From contig JAXGNR010000004.1 in NCBI GenBank assembly GCA_040767965.1, forward strand, positions 672,001 through 736,000: 64,000 nucleotides of DNA. The letters run 5' to 3'. The position numbers were made by a program, and so were the translations under genes. This document shows positions 62,860-64,000 of the stretch, one piece after another. This stretch comes from Atribacterota bacterium (GTDB taxonomy: Bacteria > Atribacterota > Phoenicimicrobiia > Phoenicimicrobiales > Stramentimicrobiaceae). How positions within the stretch are numbered: position 1 is the stretch's first letter; each line of letters opens with the position of its first letter. The notes under the pieces were generated by a model, which saw only the letters and a program-made list of their open reading frames with translations, was not told where the DNA came from and ran no database searches.

Positions 62860-63360
62860 TTATTTATAATTTTTCATTAATTCTGAGTAGTGCAAAGCAT
62901 GTTCTTTTAATCCTGCAATTTCTTTTTCAGTTAATTTTCTAATAACTTTCCCAGGTATTCCCATTACCATAGAATTAGCAGGGATAATTGTGTTAGGAGA
63001 GATAACACTTCCTGCTGCTATAATTGAACTCTCTCCAACTTCTACTCCGTCCAGAATATTCGCGCCTGATCCAATCAAAACATTATTTTGAACTGTACAG
63101 GCATGCAATATAGCACCATGTCCAATTGTAACATAATTACCTATTTTTGTGGGATGATTTTTCCCTACATGGATTATAGTACCGTCCTGCACACTTGTGT
63201 AATGCCCAATAGATATACAATCCAAATCTCCTCTTAAAATTGCACCAAACCATATACTGCTATGTTTTTCAATATATACTTGTCCAATCACGGAAGCATT
63301 AACTGCAACAAAAACAGTATCGTCAATTACTGGTTTGTTATTCTGATAACTTAAAATCAT
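62860..63360 (-). CDS. Gamma-carbonic-anhydrase-like hexapeptide repeat protein
   Basis: LRGD, QDGTIIH, IGHGAILHAC. Confidence 0.92.
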   Translation of the reverse strand: MILSYQNNKPVIDDTVFVAVNASVIGQVYIEKHSSIWFGAILRGDLDCISIGHYTSVQDGTIIHVGKNHPTKIGNYVTIGHGAILHACTVQNNVLIGSGANILDGVEVGESSIIAAGSVISPNTIIPANSMVMGIPGKVIRKLTEKEIAGLKEHALHYSELMKNYK

Positions 63361-64000
63361 CTCTTGCCTCCAAAACAGTTTTAATTTTTACGGCAGTATT
63401 TTTACCAATACCTGGTATTTCTGTTAATTCATTTATTTGGGCTATTTTTATAGCATTTACACTTTTAAATTTTTTTAAAAGCATCATTTTCTTTTTTTCT
63501 CCTATTCCAGGAATAAAATCTATGACAGATTTTTTAATCAATTTTTCACGTAATTTTTTATGAAATGTAACAGCGAATCGATGTGCTTCATCTCTAATTC
63601 TCTGAATTAAATACAACATTTCAGAATCTTCTGGTAGCAAAAAAGGTTCTTTATTTCCGGGAATAAATATTTCTTCTTCTCTTTTTGCCAAAGATATAAT
63701 ATCCAGGTCTATATTTAAATCGTGTAAAATTTCAAGAACTGAACTTAATTGACCTTTACCTCCATCAATTAATAATAAATCAGGCATTTTTTCTTTTTTT
63801 TCCAGAACATCCTTAAATCTTCTGTAAATAACTTCTTTCATCATTGCAAAATCATTTATTCCCTTTACGTTTTTAATTTTGTAATGTCGATATTTTTTCT
63901 TTTCGGGAACACCTGAATTGAACACTACCATAGAACCAACAGGAATGTCGCCGCTAATATTGGAAATATCAAAAGCTTCGATATGCAAAGGAGTATTCTT
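63338..64000 (-). CDS. uvrC: Excinuclease ABC subunit C, C-terminal part (start lies outside the window)
   Basis: IEAFDISN, DGGKGQL, RDEAHRFA, HhH IPGIG x2. Confidence 0.97.
   Translation of the reverse strand, partial: KNTPLHIEAFDISNISGDIPVGSMVVFNSGVPEKKKYRHYKIKNVKGINDFAMMKEVIYRRFKDVLEKKEKMPDLLLIDGGKGQLSSVLEILHDLNIDLDIISLAKREEEIFIPGNKEPFLLPEDSEMLYLIQRIRDEAHRFAVTFHKKLREKLIKKSVIDFIPGIGEKKKMMLLKKFKSVNAIKIAQINELTEIPGIGKNTAVKIKTVLEARDDFKLSE

Overview
AT-rich bacterial chromosome segment in which essentially every real gene lies on the minus strand. The left third (1-22.7 kb) is a type IVa pilus locus: pilQ (partial)-pilP-pilO-pilN-pilM, minor pilins including a ~800-aa Ig-repeat pilin, a FimT-like pilin, pilD, pilA plus a paralog, pilC and pilB. 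Inserted in it are two toxin-antitoxin pairs (RelBE-like, HicBA) separated by four related ~36-40-bp hairpin tandem arrays, and a putative regulatory module: a SigB/F-type sigma factor, a sigma paralog lacking region 4, and two tandem Sm-like-fold proteins. The rest is housekeeping DNA in Firmicutes-like order (mltG-yqgF-alaS, rpsA, 6S RNA, hisS-asnS-aspS with a T-box, metK, metG-rsmI-ricT-holB-tmk, wecB-upp-rpiB-ywlE-prmC-prfA-thyX-tdk-rpmE-rho, pyrG, uvrC). A second pilB and two pilT genes flanking a stand-alone MshEN protein are interleaved with it. A secretin plus this synteny suggests a diderm lineage such as Atribacterota (inference only). Many genes between ~5.7 and 14 kb, and pilB at 21 kb, carry small indels that are more likely assembly errors than real decay. 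All calls are by eye; no searches were run.
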